From the NCBI GenBank assembly GCA_963980225.1, contig CAXBYW010000004.1:13007-77006 (forward strand): 64,000 nucleotides of DNA, read 5' to 3'. Each line of letters starts with the position of its first letter. The first letter of the stretch is position 1. This document shows, in pieces, positions 49,196 through 58,797 of this stretch. This stretch comes from an uncultured bacterium. GTDB taxonomy: Bacteria > Patescibacteriota > Microgenomatia > UBA1400 > MFAQ01. Below the pieces are notes generated by a model that was given only the letters and a program-made list of their open reading frames with translations, was not told the DNA's origin and did not search any database. Made by a program: the position numbers and the translations under genes.

Positions 49196-50428
49196 ATGGC
49201 AAAAGAAATAAGTTTAAGTGATTTAAATAAGGTTGATAAACAGATCGCAAAGAATTTTGAAGACCAAACAGTGTTTTTAGAATCCTTGGTCAAACAAAAG
49301 AGTGTCAATCCAAGCAGACAAGGGTTTGATAATGTTTCTGAGGAAGGTATGGCTAAGATAATAAGGTCAAAGCTTAGAGATATGGGTGTTGTGTCGAGAT
49401 ATTTACGCAACAAAAAAAAGAGACCAAACTTAGTTGTTTCTTGGGGACCAACGAGGTCAAGGAAGTCCTTGGCTTTAGTGGGACATATGGATACAGATGA
49501 GCCAATTAATGAAAATAAGAGTGAGTGGTTTTCGGGAGAAGTAAAGGATGGAAAGATGTATGGAACAGGAGTTTTAGACATGAAAGCATCTTTATCTGCC
49601 TATGTTTTTGCCTTGAAAGCCTTGAAGGATTTGGGGTTTGAATTAGATGGTAAATTAAAATTGGCCTTTACTGTGGATGGAAAGAGTGAGTATTTTTCTA
49701 AATTAGGATTACATTACTTAATAAATAAAGGCTTCAAAGCAAAGGTGGCTTTGCTTTCAAAACCTGGAACAAATAAAATAGCGGTTGGTCATAGGGGTGG
49801 ATACAGATTTAAGATTTCTGTAAAAGGTGAGGAAGTGGACACCGGTAGAAAGTCTTGGGAAACAGGGAAAAAAGGAAAAAACGCAATTCAAGATGTCGGA
49901 AAAATTATCTCTTGCCTTGGGGGATTTGATTTACCATTTAAGCAAGCAAGAGCATTTCCTGGTAGGGTGCCTGTATTCACTTTTCCCACTAAAATAACGG
50001 GTGGCAGAGCGGTTAATGTGGTGCCTGGCAAGTGTGAGGCTTGGGGAGACGTGAAGCTTTTACCAGGTAATACAGATAGCCAAGTTAGATGGTGGTTGGA
50101 AGGAAGATTGAGTAAGCTTTCGGGTGTGAACTGGAGTTTGGAAGACATACTTTATGTTCCGGCTATGGAGGTAGACAAAACTGACAGGTGGGTTAAGTTG
50201 TTGCATGAACAAGCTGAGAAGGTTTTGGGTAAGTCGCCAAAATTGGAAGGGTGTGGTCCTTGGAATGATGCCTGGATGTTGACCCAGACAGATACTCCTT
50301 GTTTGGCTGGTTTTGGACCTGATGGTCAAATTGATGAAGGTCAGGGAGAGTGGGTAGACCTTGCTAGTTTGAAACAAGTGACGCAAATAATTACTCGATG
50401 GATATTGGTGTATTTGGGAAAAAAATAG
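49196..50428 (+). CDS. M20 (ArgE/DapE-like) peptidase-fold protein
   Basis: GHMDT, YGTGVLDMK, GGRAVNVVP, FGP; catalytic EE absent. Confidence 0.8.
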   Translation: MAKEISLSDLNKVDKQIAKNFEDQTVFLESLVKQKSVNPSRQGFDNVSEEGMAKIIRSKLRDMGVVSRYLRNKKKRPNLVVSWGPTRSRKSLALVGHMDTDEPINENKSEWFSGEVKDGKMYGTGVLDMKASLSAYVFALKALKDLGFELDGKLKLAFTVDGKSEYFSKLGLHYLINKGFKAKVALLSKPGTNKIAVGHRGGYRFKISVKGEEVDTGRKSWETGKKGKNAIQDVGKIISCLGGFDLPFKQARAFPGRVPVFTFPTKITGGRAVNVVPGKCEAWGDVKLLPGNTDSQVRWWLEGRLSKLSGVNWSLEDILYVPAMEVDKTDRWVKLLHEQAEKVLGKSPKLEGCGPWNDAWMLTQTDTPCLAGFGPDGQIDEGQGEWVDLASLKQVTQIITRWILVYLGKK

Positions 50429-50503
50429 ATTTTTGATATTAGAAGAAGATTCTGCGGTGATTAGCCTTGGTGATATATTTTGATTAGTTAAGAGAGAGTT
50501 GTA

Positions 50504-50551
50504 ATACTAGGAGTAGTGTTTTAAGGTATCTGTTACCACTAAATATAGTGA
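50504..50551 (+). promoter_or_regulatory. Tandem NrdR boxes
   Basis: ATACTAGGAGTAGTGT (50504-50519) and CCACTAAATATAGTGA (50536-50551), 32 bp apart; consensus acaCwAtATaTwGtgt. Confidence 0.7.
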
Positions 50552-50553
50552 TT

Positions 50554-51000
50554 ATGAATTGTCCTTATTGTAACCACAACGATACACAAGTTTTAGAAAG
50601 CAGATTACTGTTTGAAGGGCTTGGTGTACGTCGAAGGAGAGAGTGTAAAAAATGTACAAAAAGGTTCACGACCCATGAACTAGTGGTCAATTTAGAACTA
50701 AAGGTAGTTAAGAAAAATGGTAGTGTGGAAGATTACAAACGAGAAAAGTTGGCGAAAGGAGTAAGGAAGGCGTGTTGGAAGAGAGAAGTGTTGGAGGAGA
50801 AAATGGAGGAGTTGTTGGATGATATTGAACTAAAGCTTTTAAATAGAAGGACAATCCAGATTAAGTCTACAGATATTGGCAAGATGGTATTGGCAAGATT
50901 AAAAAAATTAGATGATGTAGCCTATTTAAGATTTGCTAGTGTGTATATGGATTTTGAAAAGGCTAGTGATTTTAGTAAGGTTTTAGATAACTTGAAATGA
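50554..51000 (+). CDS. nrdR: Transcriptional repressor NrdR
   Basis: CPYC..RRRRECKKC..RFTT, ATP cone, AYLRFASVY. Confidence 0.96.
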   Translation: MNCPYCNHNDTQVLESRLLFEGLGVRRRRECKKCTKRFTTHELVVNLELKVVKKNGSVEDYKREKLAKGVRKACWKREVLEEKMEELLDDIELKLLNRRTIQIKSTDIGKMVLARLKKLDDVAYLRFASVYMDFEKASDFSKVLDNLK

Positions 51001-53435
51001 GTAATACGATATATAGACAATCTAACCAAAATGATAGTTTCGAAGAAAGAATGAATAAGGTGAGTAAGGTGGCAGGTAAGAGACCTGAGCTGCCCGGTGA
51101 TTTGCCTACAGGGTCGTGGTCAGAACAAGCATTAAGGGTGTTAAATGAAAGATATTTAAATAAAGATGACTCTGGTAAGGTGATTGAAACAGCAGATGAG
51201 ATGGTGTGGAGAGTTGCTTTTGCTGTTGCTGGAGCAGAGTCGTTGTGGGATGAAGACAGACAGAGTGTTTTTGAGCAAGCAAAAAGATTTTATCGATTAA
51301 TGGCAGGAGGTAAGTTTTTACCAAACTCTCCTACTTTAATGAATGCCGGCAAAGGTAATGGTCTGCAATACTCAGCTTGTTTCGTGCTGCCAGTTGAAGA
51401 CTCTTTAGAGGGCATTTTTGATGCTATTAAGTATCAAGCTATTATTCATCAATCTGGTGGAGGAACAGGTTTTTCTTTTACGAAATTAAGACCAAAAGGT
51501 TCGATAGTGAAAAGAAGTAAGGGGGTTGCTTCAGGGCCTGTTAGTTTTATGAGGGTGTTTAATGAAGCAACTCAACAGATAAAACAAGGAGGGACAAGAA
51601 GAGGGGCAAACATGGGGATCTTGCAAGTGGATCATCCTGACGTTAGAGAATTTATTACCTGCAAGATTGATGGAGGGATTACCAACTTTAATATTTCCGT
51701 GGCAGTAACTGATGAGTTTATGAGGGCAGTTAAAGAAGGCGGAGATTATGACTTGAAGTCTCCACATAATGGAGAAGTAGTGGGATCGGAAAATGCAAAA
51801 GAGATTTTTGATTTAATTGCTGAGACTGCTTGGGAGACTGGTGATCCAGGAATCATCTTTATAGATAAAGTTAACAATAGTACGGCAAATCCAGTACCTA
51901 GTAAGGGTCCAATACAAAGCACTAACCCTTGTGGGGAACAACCTCTCTATCCTTTTGATGCTTGCAATTTAGGTAGTATATTTTTAGACAAGTTTGTTAA
52001 GAGAGAAAAAGGACAGAAGCCAGAAGTGAATTGGGAGGAATTGAAAATGGCAGCTAGGGAGGCGGTTAGATTTTTAGATGACGTAATTGAGATAAATCCA
52101 TATCCCCTGGAACAAATTAATGATATGGTGCGTTCAGTAAGGCGGATTGGTTTGGGGATTGGTGGTTGGGGAGACATGCTTTACTTATTGGAAATCCCTT
52201 ATGATTCTGAGGAGTCACTTGATTTGGCCAGAAAAATAATGAGAACAATTAAAGTAGAAGGACACAAAGCTAGTAGAGAGCTAGCAAAAAAAAGAGGTTC
52301 GTTTAAGTTGTGGGATGAAAGTATCTTTTCTAAAGGAGAACCAATGAGGAATGCTACGGTAACAACAATTGCTCCGACAGGGAGTATCGGTATTTTAGCT
52401 TCTACAAGTGGAGGTTGTGAGCCAGTATTTGCTTTGTCTTACAAACACATGGTGAAAGATGAAAGTTTGGACAGAGAACTCTTTTTTACTGATCCTGCTT
52501 TTGAAAAGGTGGCGCGTGATGAAGGATTTTGGAGTGAGTCTTTGGCTAAAAAAGTGGCGGAAACCGGTAGTGTAGAAGGTTTGTCGGAGATACCAGAAAA
52601 ATGGCAAAGAATTTTGACTACTTCCCATCAAATTACGCCAGAGTGGCATGTAAAGATGCAGGCAGCCTGGCAAGAAGATACAGATAATGCTGTTAGTAAG
52701 ACAGTTAATTTGCCTAATGACGCTAGTGTAAAGGATGTGGCTGATGTTTATATGCAAAGTTTTGAGCTTGGTTGCATGGGGGTCACTGTTTATAGAGATG
52801 GGAGTAAGGATTGGCAAGTGTTGAATGTTGGTAAAGAAGGAAAACATGAACCTAAGGTAGAGTTAGGGGTGTTGGGTGAAGGTGAGGTGGCAGAGCTACA
52901 GTTGCGACCTGAAAAATTAACAGGAAGCACTTATAAAATTAAGACTCCGATAGGGACAGCTTTTGTAGTAATTAACTCTGATGAATTAGGAAACCCATTT
53001 GAGGTCTTTATTAATGTCGGCAAAGCCGGAACTCATGTTATGGCTGACGCAGAAGCCATTGGTAGATTACTGTCTACAGCCTTGAGGATACCCTCTGTTT
53101 TGTCAGCTAGAGCAGTAGCAGAAGCAGCGATTGAACAGTTAGCAGGTATTGGTGGTTCGGAAAGTGTTGGTTTTGGGAATGGTAAAGTAAGAAGCTTGGC
53201 TGATGGGGTCGCTAAGGTTTTGAAGCGTCATTTGGGTGAGAAGGAAGAAAAACTACTTAATGGTCATTCAGAAATAAAAGATTTAGAGTTATTGGACGGG
53301 GCAGGGTCAGCGAAGCAAGAGCAGTTGATATTAATGGCAAAGAAAGCAGACTTGTGTTCTGATTGTGGACAGGCTAGTTTGGTGTTGGAGGAGGGTTGTG
53401 CTAAGTGTTATTCTTGTGGTGCAAGTAAGTGCTAA
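50997..53435 (+). CDS. nrdJ: Class II (B12-dependent) ribonucleotide reductase
   Basis: PNSPTLMN, SACF, TNPCGE, APTGS, TSCPD-like domain, C-terminal Cys ribbon. Confidence 0.93.
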   Translation: MSNTIYRQSNQNDSFEERMNKVSKVAGKRPELPGDLPTGSWSEQALRVLNERYLNKDDSGKVIETADEMVWRVAFAVAGAESLWDEDRQSVFEQAKRFYRLMAGGKFLPNSPTLMNAGKGNGLQYSACFVLPVEDSLEGIFDAIKYQAIIHQSGGGTGFSFTKLRPKGSIVKRSKGVASGPVSFMRVFNEATQQIKQGGTRRGANMGILQVDHPDVREFITCKIDGGITNFNISVAVTDEFMRAVKEGGDYDLKSPHNGEVVGSENAKEIFDLIAETAWETGDPGIIFIDKVNNSTANPVPSKGPIQSTNPCGEQPLYPFDACNLGSIFLDKFVKREKGQKPEVNWEELKMAAREAVRFLDDVIEINPYPLEQINDMVRSVRRIGLGIGGWGDMLYLLEIPYDSEESLDLARKIMRTIKVEGHKASRELAKKRGSFKLWDESIFSKGEPMRNATVTTIAPTGSIGILASTSGGCEPVFALSYKHMVKDESLDRELFFTDPAFEKVARDEGFWSESLAKKVAETGSVEGLSEIPEKWQRILTTSHQITPEWHVKMQAAWQEDTDNAVSKTVNLPNDASVKDVADVYMQSFELGCMGVTVYRDGSKDWQVLNVGKEGKHEPKVELGVLGEGEVAELQLRPEKLTGSTYKIKTPIGTAFVVINSDELGNPFEVFINVGKAGTHVMADAEAIGRLLSTALRIPSVLSARAVAEAAIEQLAGIGGSESVGFGNGKVRSLADGVAKVLKRHLGEKEEKLLNGHSEIKDLELLDGAGSAKQEQLILMAKKADLCSDCGQASLVLEEGCAKCYSCGASKC

Positions 53436-53587
53436 ATATTGGCAATTAAGGGTTTGTAGTGATAGTTTGGGGGTTAGCGGTGTTTTTTGTTGATATATGG
53501 TGTAAATGTTGTGTTTTGTTTGGTAGAAATTTGGTCATTTTTTTATGAGTAATGAGGCAGTGGTGGAAGACGTGTTATAGTTTATCT

Positions 53588-53941
53588 ATGGCTACAATTA
53601 AGGAAGTTGAACCAAGATCAATATCGGTGGATGAAGAGGCACTAAAAGAAGTAGAAGGATATGTGGAAAGAGTAGAGAAGCAAATGGAGATTAAGAAGCC
53701 GTCTAATCCATTACAACCTTCTTCAGTAAAAACTCCTGCACCTAAAGTTCAAGATGATTTTGGTAATGTGGTAATGCAGGCAGCTCAGAAACAAGTTAAG
53801 GCAAAAATTATATTACCAATGGATGAAATAGAGGTAAAAGAAGGTTTGCATCATAAGATAATAGATGCTGCTAGATGGTTGGCAGAATGGTGTGTGTTAA
53901 TGATTAAAAAATATCCAGGTAGAGTGTTTTATAAACGATGA
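53588..53941 (+). CDS. Hypothetical protein
   Basis: C-terminal RWLAEWC; ATG 6 nt after TGnTATAGT. Confidence 0.65.
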   Translation: MATIKEVEPRSISVDEEALKEVEGYVERVEKQMEIKKPSNPLQPSSVKTPAPKVQDDFGNVVMQAAQKQVKAKIILPMDEIEVKEGLHHKIIDAARWLAEWCVLMIKKYPGRVFYKR

Positions 53942-56259
53942 TTGATCTAGCTAACATGGTGCAGTATGTTTTTGGAGTGGTTTTGGGGTTGTCATTGTTT
54001 TTGACGGTATTTATTGGCTTAGGGATAATATTGTTGCAGTGGCTTAGGTTCAAGAACAGAGAAGAGGTTAGTCTTAATTTTGTTTTACTAGAGTTGGCTG
54101 TACCAAGAGATAATGAGATTAAGATAGATGCGGCAGAACAGATGTTTGCGGCTCTTTCTTCTATTAAGAAGGGTGGCTTTTGGCAAAAATTTAAAGCTCA
54201 ACAGCATTTGTCTTTTGAGATAGTGGGCAAGAAAGAAGATATAAGATTCTATGTTTCATGTCATAGGGATAACATGGAACTTATTGATAAGCAGTTGGCT
54301 GGCGCTTATCCTGGTATTCAAGTGAAGGAAGTAGATGAGTACAATATTTTTGATGAACAAGGTAAGGTCGCTTTTACGGAGTTGGTTTTAAAAAATGAGT
54401 CTTTTAAGCCAATAAAGAGTTATAGAGAACTACCAGTTGACTCCTTATCTCAAATTACTTCTTCTTTAGCTAAGTTTGGAGATGATGAGGGGGCAGTGAT
54501 ACAGATGATTATTAGTCCAGCTGATCCTGCTTGGAGCAAGTCAGGAAGTGGTTTCTTGTCTAAAACAAAAAAAGATGAGGCTGATCCTGAGAAGGCAAGC
54601 TTCAAGATGAGTCCACAAGACATGGAAGCTATTGATCAAAAAGTTGGTAAGCCAGGTTTTTTGGCTAGTGTGAGGATTGTGTGTGTGGCGCCAAGTGAAG
54701 GTCAAGCAAAAAGTAACTTAAGTAACTTAAAAGGTGTTTTTGCTCAGTATTCAAGTGATTTGAATAATTTTTCTAGCAAGAAAATTAGATTTAAAAAAGG
54801 TTTCATGGTGGATTTTGTTTATAGATACCAATCGTTATTTGGTAATAATTCTGTTTTATCTAGTGATGAGTTGGCAACGATGTGGCATATGCCAAACAAT
54901 ACGATACAGACACCACATATTCACTGGTTAAATGCTAAGAGTGCACCAGCATCTGGTGGTTTCCCGTCCACTGGTCTCTGGTTGGGTAGATCAATTTACC
55001 GAGGTCAGACAAGAAATATATTTATGAGTGAGGCGGATAGGATGAGGCACATGTACATTATTGGACGAACCGGTACAGGAAAAACAGAGCTTTTAAAGCA
55101 GATGATTATTCAGGACATGAGGGCTGGTAATGGTTTGTGTTTTCTAGAACCACATGGTGATGGAATAGAAGAACTTTTGGAGATGGTGCCACCAGAACGA
55201 GCAGAGGATGTAATTGTGTTTGACCCAGCTGATGAAGAGAGACCAATCGGATTTAATCCGATGTCGGTTAAGAATATCGATGAGATTTATCAAGTGGCGA
55301 GTTCGATAATTAATCTGATGTACAAGCTTTATGATCCTAATAAGACGGGGATGGTTGGTCCTAGGTTTGAACATTCAGTCAGAAACATAATGTTAACGGT
55401 GGCGGTAGAAAAGGGTGCTGGTTTTGTAGAAATTGTGAGAGCTTTAACAGATAGTAAGTATGTTCAAGAGCTTCTACCAAAAGTAAAAGATCCGGTGGTA
55501 AAAAGGTACTGGACGGATCAAATCGCTCAGACAAGTGATTTTCATAAGAGTGAGGTCTTAGACTACATTACTTCTAAGTTTGGTAGGTTTGTTACAAATA
55601 GAATGATAAGAAATATTATTGGCCAAAGTGAGACGACATTGGACTTTAGAAAGGCCATGGACGAGGGGAAGATTGTGTTTTTGAAATTAGCTAAGGGTTT
55701 GATCGGTGAAGAAGACTCTAACTTTTTAGGATTAGTTTTGGCGCCGAAAATTTTACAAGCAGCTTTGTCTAGGCAAGACACGCCTAGGGAGCAAAGGAGA
55801 CCGTTTTACTTTTATGTTGATGAGTTTCAAAACTTTGCTACACCAGACTTCGCTCAAATGCTATCTGAAGCCAGAAAATATAACTTGGGGCTTATACTAG
55901 CTAATCAGTTTGTTAGTCAGGTGGATGAGCAAGTGCGAGATGCTATTTTTGGTAACGTGGGTACCTTGATGAGCTATCGGGTTGGAGTACAAGATGCAAG
56001 TATTCTAGCTAAGTCTTTTGCCCCAACGTTTAACGAAGGGGATTTGTCGAACATTGGAGCTCAAAATCTTTATGTAAAAACCATTGTTGATGGTACACCG
56101 GTGCCACCTTTTAGTATGAATGTGTGGAGAGACCTAGAAAAAGAGAGAGGACATGGTAGTGCAAAGGTGGCAACATTAGTTAAAGAACTGTCTTCTTTAA
56201 AGTATGGTAGGGATAGGGCAGAAGTTGAGGAGGAGATTTTGAGAAGATCTAAGCTGTAA
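53938..56259 (+). CDS. Membrane-anchored VirB4/TraG/HerA-like ATPase
   Basis: HMYIIGRTGTGKT, YVDEFQNF, SEARKY, ANQ. Confidence 0.85.
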   Translation: MIDLANMVQYVFGVVLGLSLFLTVFIGLGIILLQWLRFKNREEVSLNFVLLELAVPRDNEIKIDAAEQMFAALSSIKKGGFWQKFKAQQHLSFEIVGKKEDIRFYVSCHRDNMELIDKQLAGAYPGIQVKEVDEYNIFDEQGKVAFTELVLKNESFKPIKSYRELPVDSLSQITSSLAKFGDDEGAVIQMIISPADPAWSKSGSGFLSKTKKDEADPEKASFKMSPQDMEAIDQKVGKPGFLASVRIVCVAPSEGQAKSNLSNLKGVFAQYSSDLNNFSSKKIRFKKGFMVDFVYRYQSLFGNNSVLSSDELATMWHMPNNTIQTPHIHWLNAKSAPASGGFPSTGLWLGRSIYRGQTRNIFMSEADRMRHMYIIGRTGTGKTELLKQMIIQDMRAGNGLCFLEPHGDGIEELLEMVPPERAEDVIVFDPADEERPIGFNPMSVKNIDEIYQVASSIINLMYKLYDPNKTGMVGPRFEHSVRNIMLTVAVEKGAGFVEIVRALTDSKYVQELLPKVKDPVVKRYWTDQIAQTSDFHKSEVLDYITSKFGRFVTNRMIRNIIGQSETTLDFRKAMDEGKIVFLKLAKGLIGEEDSNFLGLVLAPKILQAALSRQDTPREQRRPFYFYVDEFQNFATPDFAQMLSEARKYNLGLILANQFVSQVDEQVRDAIFGNVGTLMSYRVGVQDASILAKSFAPTFNEGDLSNIGAQNLYVKTIVDGTPVPPFSMNVWRDLEKERGHGSAKVATLVKELSSLKYGRDRAEVEEEILRRSKL

Positions 56260-56271
56260 AATTACCTGTAA

Positions 56272-56300
56272 TTGACAAACCTATAGTAGTGCGGTATAAT
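56272..56300 (+). promoter_or_regulatory. Perfect consensus sigma70 promoter
   Basis: TTGACA-17 nt-TATAAT. Confidence 0.8.
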
Positions 56301-56346
56301 AGGGTTAGTTCATTTACAATCCATTTTATTCCCTTTGGAGGTTTTT

Positions 56347-56895
56347 GTGAGAAAAAAAAGCGTTTTGTTTTCCTTTAAAATAAGCGAGTCTTATATGAAA
56401 GATTTAATTAAGCGTTTCGGGATAGGGTACGAATCATTACCGAACGGAGAAATAGGTAAATTATCACAAGGTGAGGTGTTTTGGCCACAATCTGAGCTAA
56501 AAACATCTTTAGGGGATATTTATGACAACTTACTACTTGTTGGCTTGAATGTGACTTCTGTGAAAATTACGAAATTAGTGAAGCAGAAGGGTGTTTCTTT
56601 CAAGGTGGCGGTTGTTCTGTCAAATACAGTAAGTTCTCAGCACCGAAAGGTGACAGATGTTGAATGGGAGCTGTTGTCAGAATTATTTAAAGACAATTTG
56701 TGGTATGCAATAGGATATCTTAACGAAGATACCAACCCATTATATGGCGAATCCAGACAACTGGTCTCCTTTAGTATGGTTGGAAGGAGACCTAAAGCTG
56801 AACATAAAGAGAGACAGAGAGTTGTTACCCTTGAAGGTACGGGGGATCCGGAATTGGTTTTTTCGGAATTCATCAAGTTATATCCAGGTGGATAG
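56347..56895 (+). CDS. Hypothetical protein
   Basis: SD GGAGG 56337-56341 before GTG; own promoter and terminator. Confidence 0.65.
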   Translation: MRKKSVLFSFKISESYMKDLIKRFGIGYESLPNGEIGKLSQGEVFWPQSELKTSLGDIYDNLLLVGLNVTSVKITKLVKQKGVSFKVAVVLSNTVSSQHRKVTDVEWELLSELFKDNLWYAIGYLNEDTNPLYGESRQLVSFSMVGRRPKAEHKERQRVVTLEGTGDPELVFSEFIKLYPGG

Positions 56896-56918
56896 TGGAT
56901 AGAAATAGTTTTAAACTT

Positions 56919-56949
56919 AAGACTCTGGCATTATGCTAGAGTCTTTTTT
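56919..56949 (+). terminator. Intrinsic terminator
   Basis: AAGACTCTGGCA-TTA-TGCTAGAGTCTT-TTTT. Confidence 0.75.
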
Positions 56950-57002
56950 GTACAAATAGACAGGCATGAGATGTAGGAGTAAGTTATAATACTGTGGTAC
57001 AT

Positions 57003-57079
57003 GGGCCGGTAGCTCAGTTGGTCAGAGCGCGAAGCTTATACCTTCGTGGTCGCTGGTTCGAGTCCAGCTCGGCCCACCA
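57003..57079 (+). tRNA. tRNA-Ile(UAU)
   Basis: GGGCCGG/TCGGCCC-A-CCA; CGAAG-CT TAT AC-CTTCG. Confidence 0.9.
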
Positions 57080-57477
57080 TGAAATTAGATACAGAGAAAT
57101 TAGGTGTATTAGTAGATGAAATATTGAAGTTTAATGACCATCGTGGGTGGAGTCCTGTGGCAGAAGATTTAGCTAAGTCTGTAGTGTTAGAAAGTAGTGA
57201 ATTAATGGAACACTTTCAGTGGGATGCAAGTAGTGTTACCAGAGACTCTAAACTTCCAGAGAAAGATTTGGAAGAAATAGGGTTTGAAGTTGCAGATGTA
57301 TTTTGGTATTTAGTTCTTTTTTGTGAAGAAATGGATATAGATTTAGTTGAGGCTTTGGAAGAAAAACTAAAACACAATGACAAAAAATTTCCAGCAGAAC
57401 AATTTGGTGGTGAACATGATGAAAAATTTTATAGAGAACAAAAGAAAGCATATCGGGAAAAGAAGGGAGTCAAATAA
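57079..57477 (+). CDS. MazG-like nucleotide pyrophosphohydrolase
   Basis: LESSELMEHFQW, EVADVFWY. Confidence 0.85.
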   Translation: MKLDTEKLGVLVDEILKFNDHRGWSPVAEDLAKSVVLESSELMEHFQWDASSVTRDSKLPEKDLEEIGFEVADVFWYLVLFCEEMDIDLVEALEEKLKHNDKKFPAEQFGGEHDEKFYREQKKAYREKKGVK

Positions 57478-57845
57478 TGAAAAAAATAAAGGACAGAGAA
57501 GAAAAAAAGGGGAGAGATAGACTTCTTTTGAAGTTTGATTCTCCGTTAATGGATGAGATGGGTGTGGAAGAAGATGTTGAGTCTAAAGATATTGTTATTT
57601 CTGGAAATTTAGGTATAGGAAATAAAGGTAATCCAGTGACTATTGTTGTAGAGGATGAGGTAACAGGGGAGAGTTTGGAGATGAGTCATGTAGAGTCTGC
57701 CTTTGTAGTGGTGGAGGATAAGAGGAAAAGTTCTTCTGGCTGGTTGGCAATAGCTGTCGGAGAGGTTAAGAAGTTAAACCAGGTACTAGGATTTTTAGCA
57801 GGGACGACCTTAGATGGATTAAAGAAAATGATTAGAAAGAATTAG
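57477..57845 (+). CDS. Hypothetical protein
   Basis: TAATG-coupled ORF. Confidence 0.65.
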   Translation: MKKIKDREEKKGRDRLLLKFDSPLMDEMGVEEDVESKDIVISGNLGIGNKGNPVTIVVEDEVTGESLEMSHVESAFVVVEDKRKSSSGWLAIAVGEVKKLNQVLGFLAGTTLDGLKKMIRKN

Positions 57846-57848
57846 TTT

Positions 57849-58724
57849 TTAAAGCTCAGAAAGCTTAGGTTTCTCTTTTGACGGTTTGTTGGGAATGAAT
57901 TCTAGGTATTTTTCTGTAGTAGAAAGGCGTTTGTGACCAACAAGTTTAGAGATGTATACGAGTGGACTGCCAGATGACAACTGGTGAGCGATGAAGGTGT
58001 GGCGTAAGTCATTTACCTTTACATTGTCTATACCAGCTAGTTTGAAGTATCTGTCTAGGCTTGAACGGATATTTCTGATTAGGAAAGACTTGCCTGTTTT
58101 AGTAATAAAGATGTTTTGGGTCTCTGATTTTGGACGATCTTTTAGGTATTTCTCTAAGGCTTCTTTTGAAACTTGATTAAAAGGGATAGATCGTTCTGGA
58201 TGAGAATCATGAGCTATGATGGTGGCCTTATTTTCGTTTAGGTCTATATCGTTTATTCTTAGGTTAGCTAGTTCTGAGATTCTGATACCAGTTTGAAGAA
58301 GAATTTCTACGATAGCGAAAATTCGAGAATCATCTTTACAAGCATCCCTTAAGGCCCTGTATTCTAGTTTAGAGAGGATTCTTGGAGGCTTGACCTCATA
58401 TTTGGGGTGGGTGACTGCTTGAGCAGGGTTAGCTTTAATGGTTCCTTGTGACTGAAGGAAACTAAAAAATGACTTAATGGAGTTTATTTTTCTAGAAATT
58501 GATTTGGCTGTATAGTCTTTCTTGTCTAAGTGGTCCTTAAATGCATCAATATCTTCTGCCTTGACTTCATTAGTTGAAGTCTTGCTTAAGCTTTCTTTTA
58601 GAAAATTGCTTAACTGTTCTATGTCTTTGGTATAAGCTAAAATAGTAGCATTAGCCCTCCCAAGCGTGGCAAGGTGGGTTTTAAAATTACTGATTGATGT
58701 TGCAAAATTGTTGCTTGACTCCAT
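57849..58724 (-). CDS. XerC/D-like tyrosine recombinase
   Basis: TGIRISE, NDLRHTF, LVGH, TTEKY. Confidence 0.88.
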   Translation of the reverse strand: MESSNNFATSISNFKTHLATLGRANATILAYTKDIEQLSNFLKESLSKTSTNEVKAEDIDAFKDHLDKKDYTAKSISRKINSIKSFFSFLQSQGTIKANPAQAVTHPKYEVKPPRILSKLEYRALRDACKDDSRIFAIVEILLQTGIRISELANLRINDIDLNENKATIIAHDSHPERSIPFNQVSKEALEKYLKDRPKSETQNIFITKTGKSFLIRNIRSSLDRYFKLAGIDNVKVNDLRHTFIAHQLSSGSPLVYISKLVGHKRLSTTEKYLEFIPNKPSKEKPKLSEL

Positions 58725-58797
58725 AATTAATTACTTCTACGTATTTATTAATGATAAAAGATTACTACAGGCTATATTTTACTAGGCTTTATTGTAT

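Noticed and set aside
50997-53435. Intein or cobalamin riboswitch at nrdJ
   Set aside because: No splice motifs or length excess; upstream region holds NrdR boxes and no recognisable B12 box
56308-56320. boxA-like GTTCATTTACAAT
   Set aside because: Too weak a match to support alone
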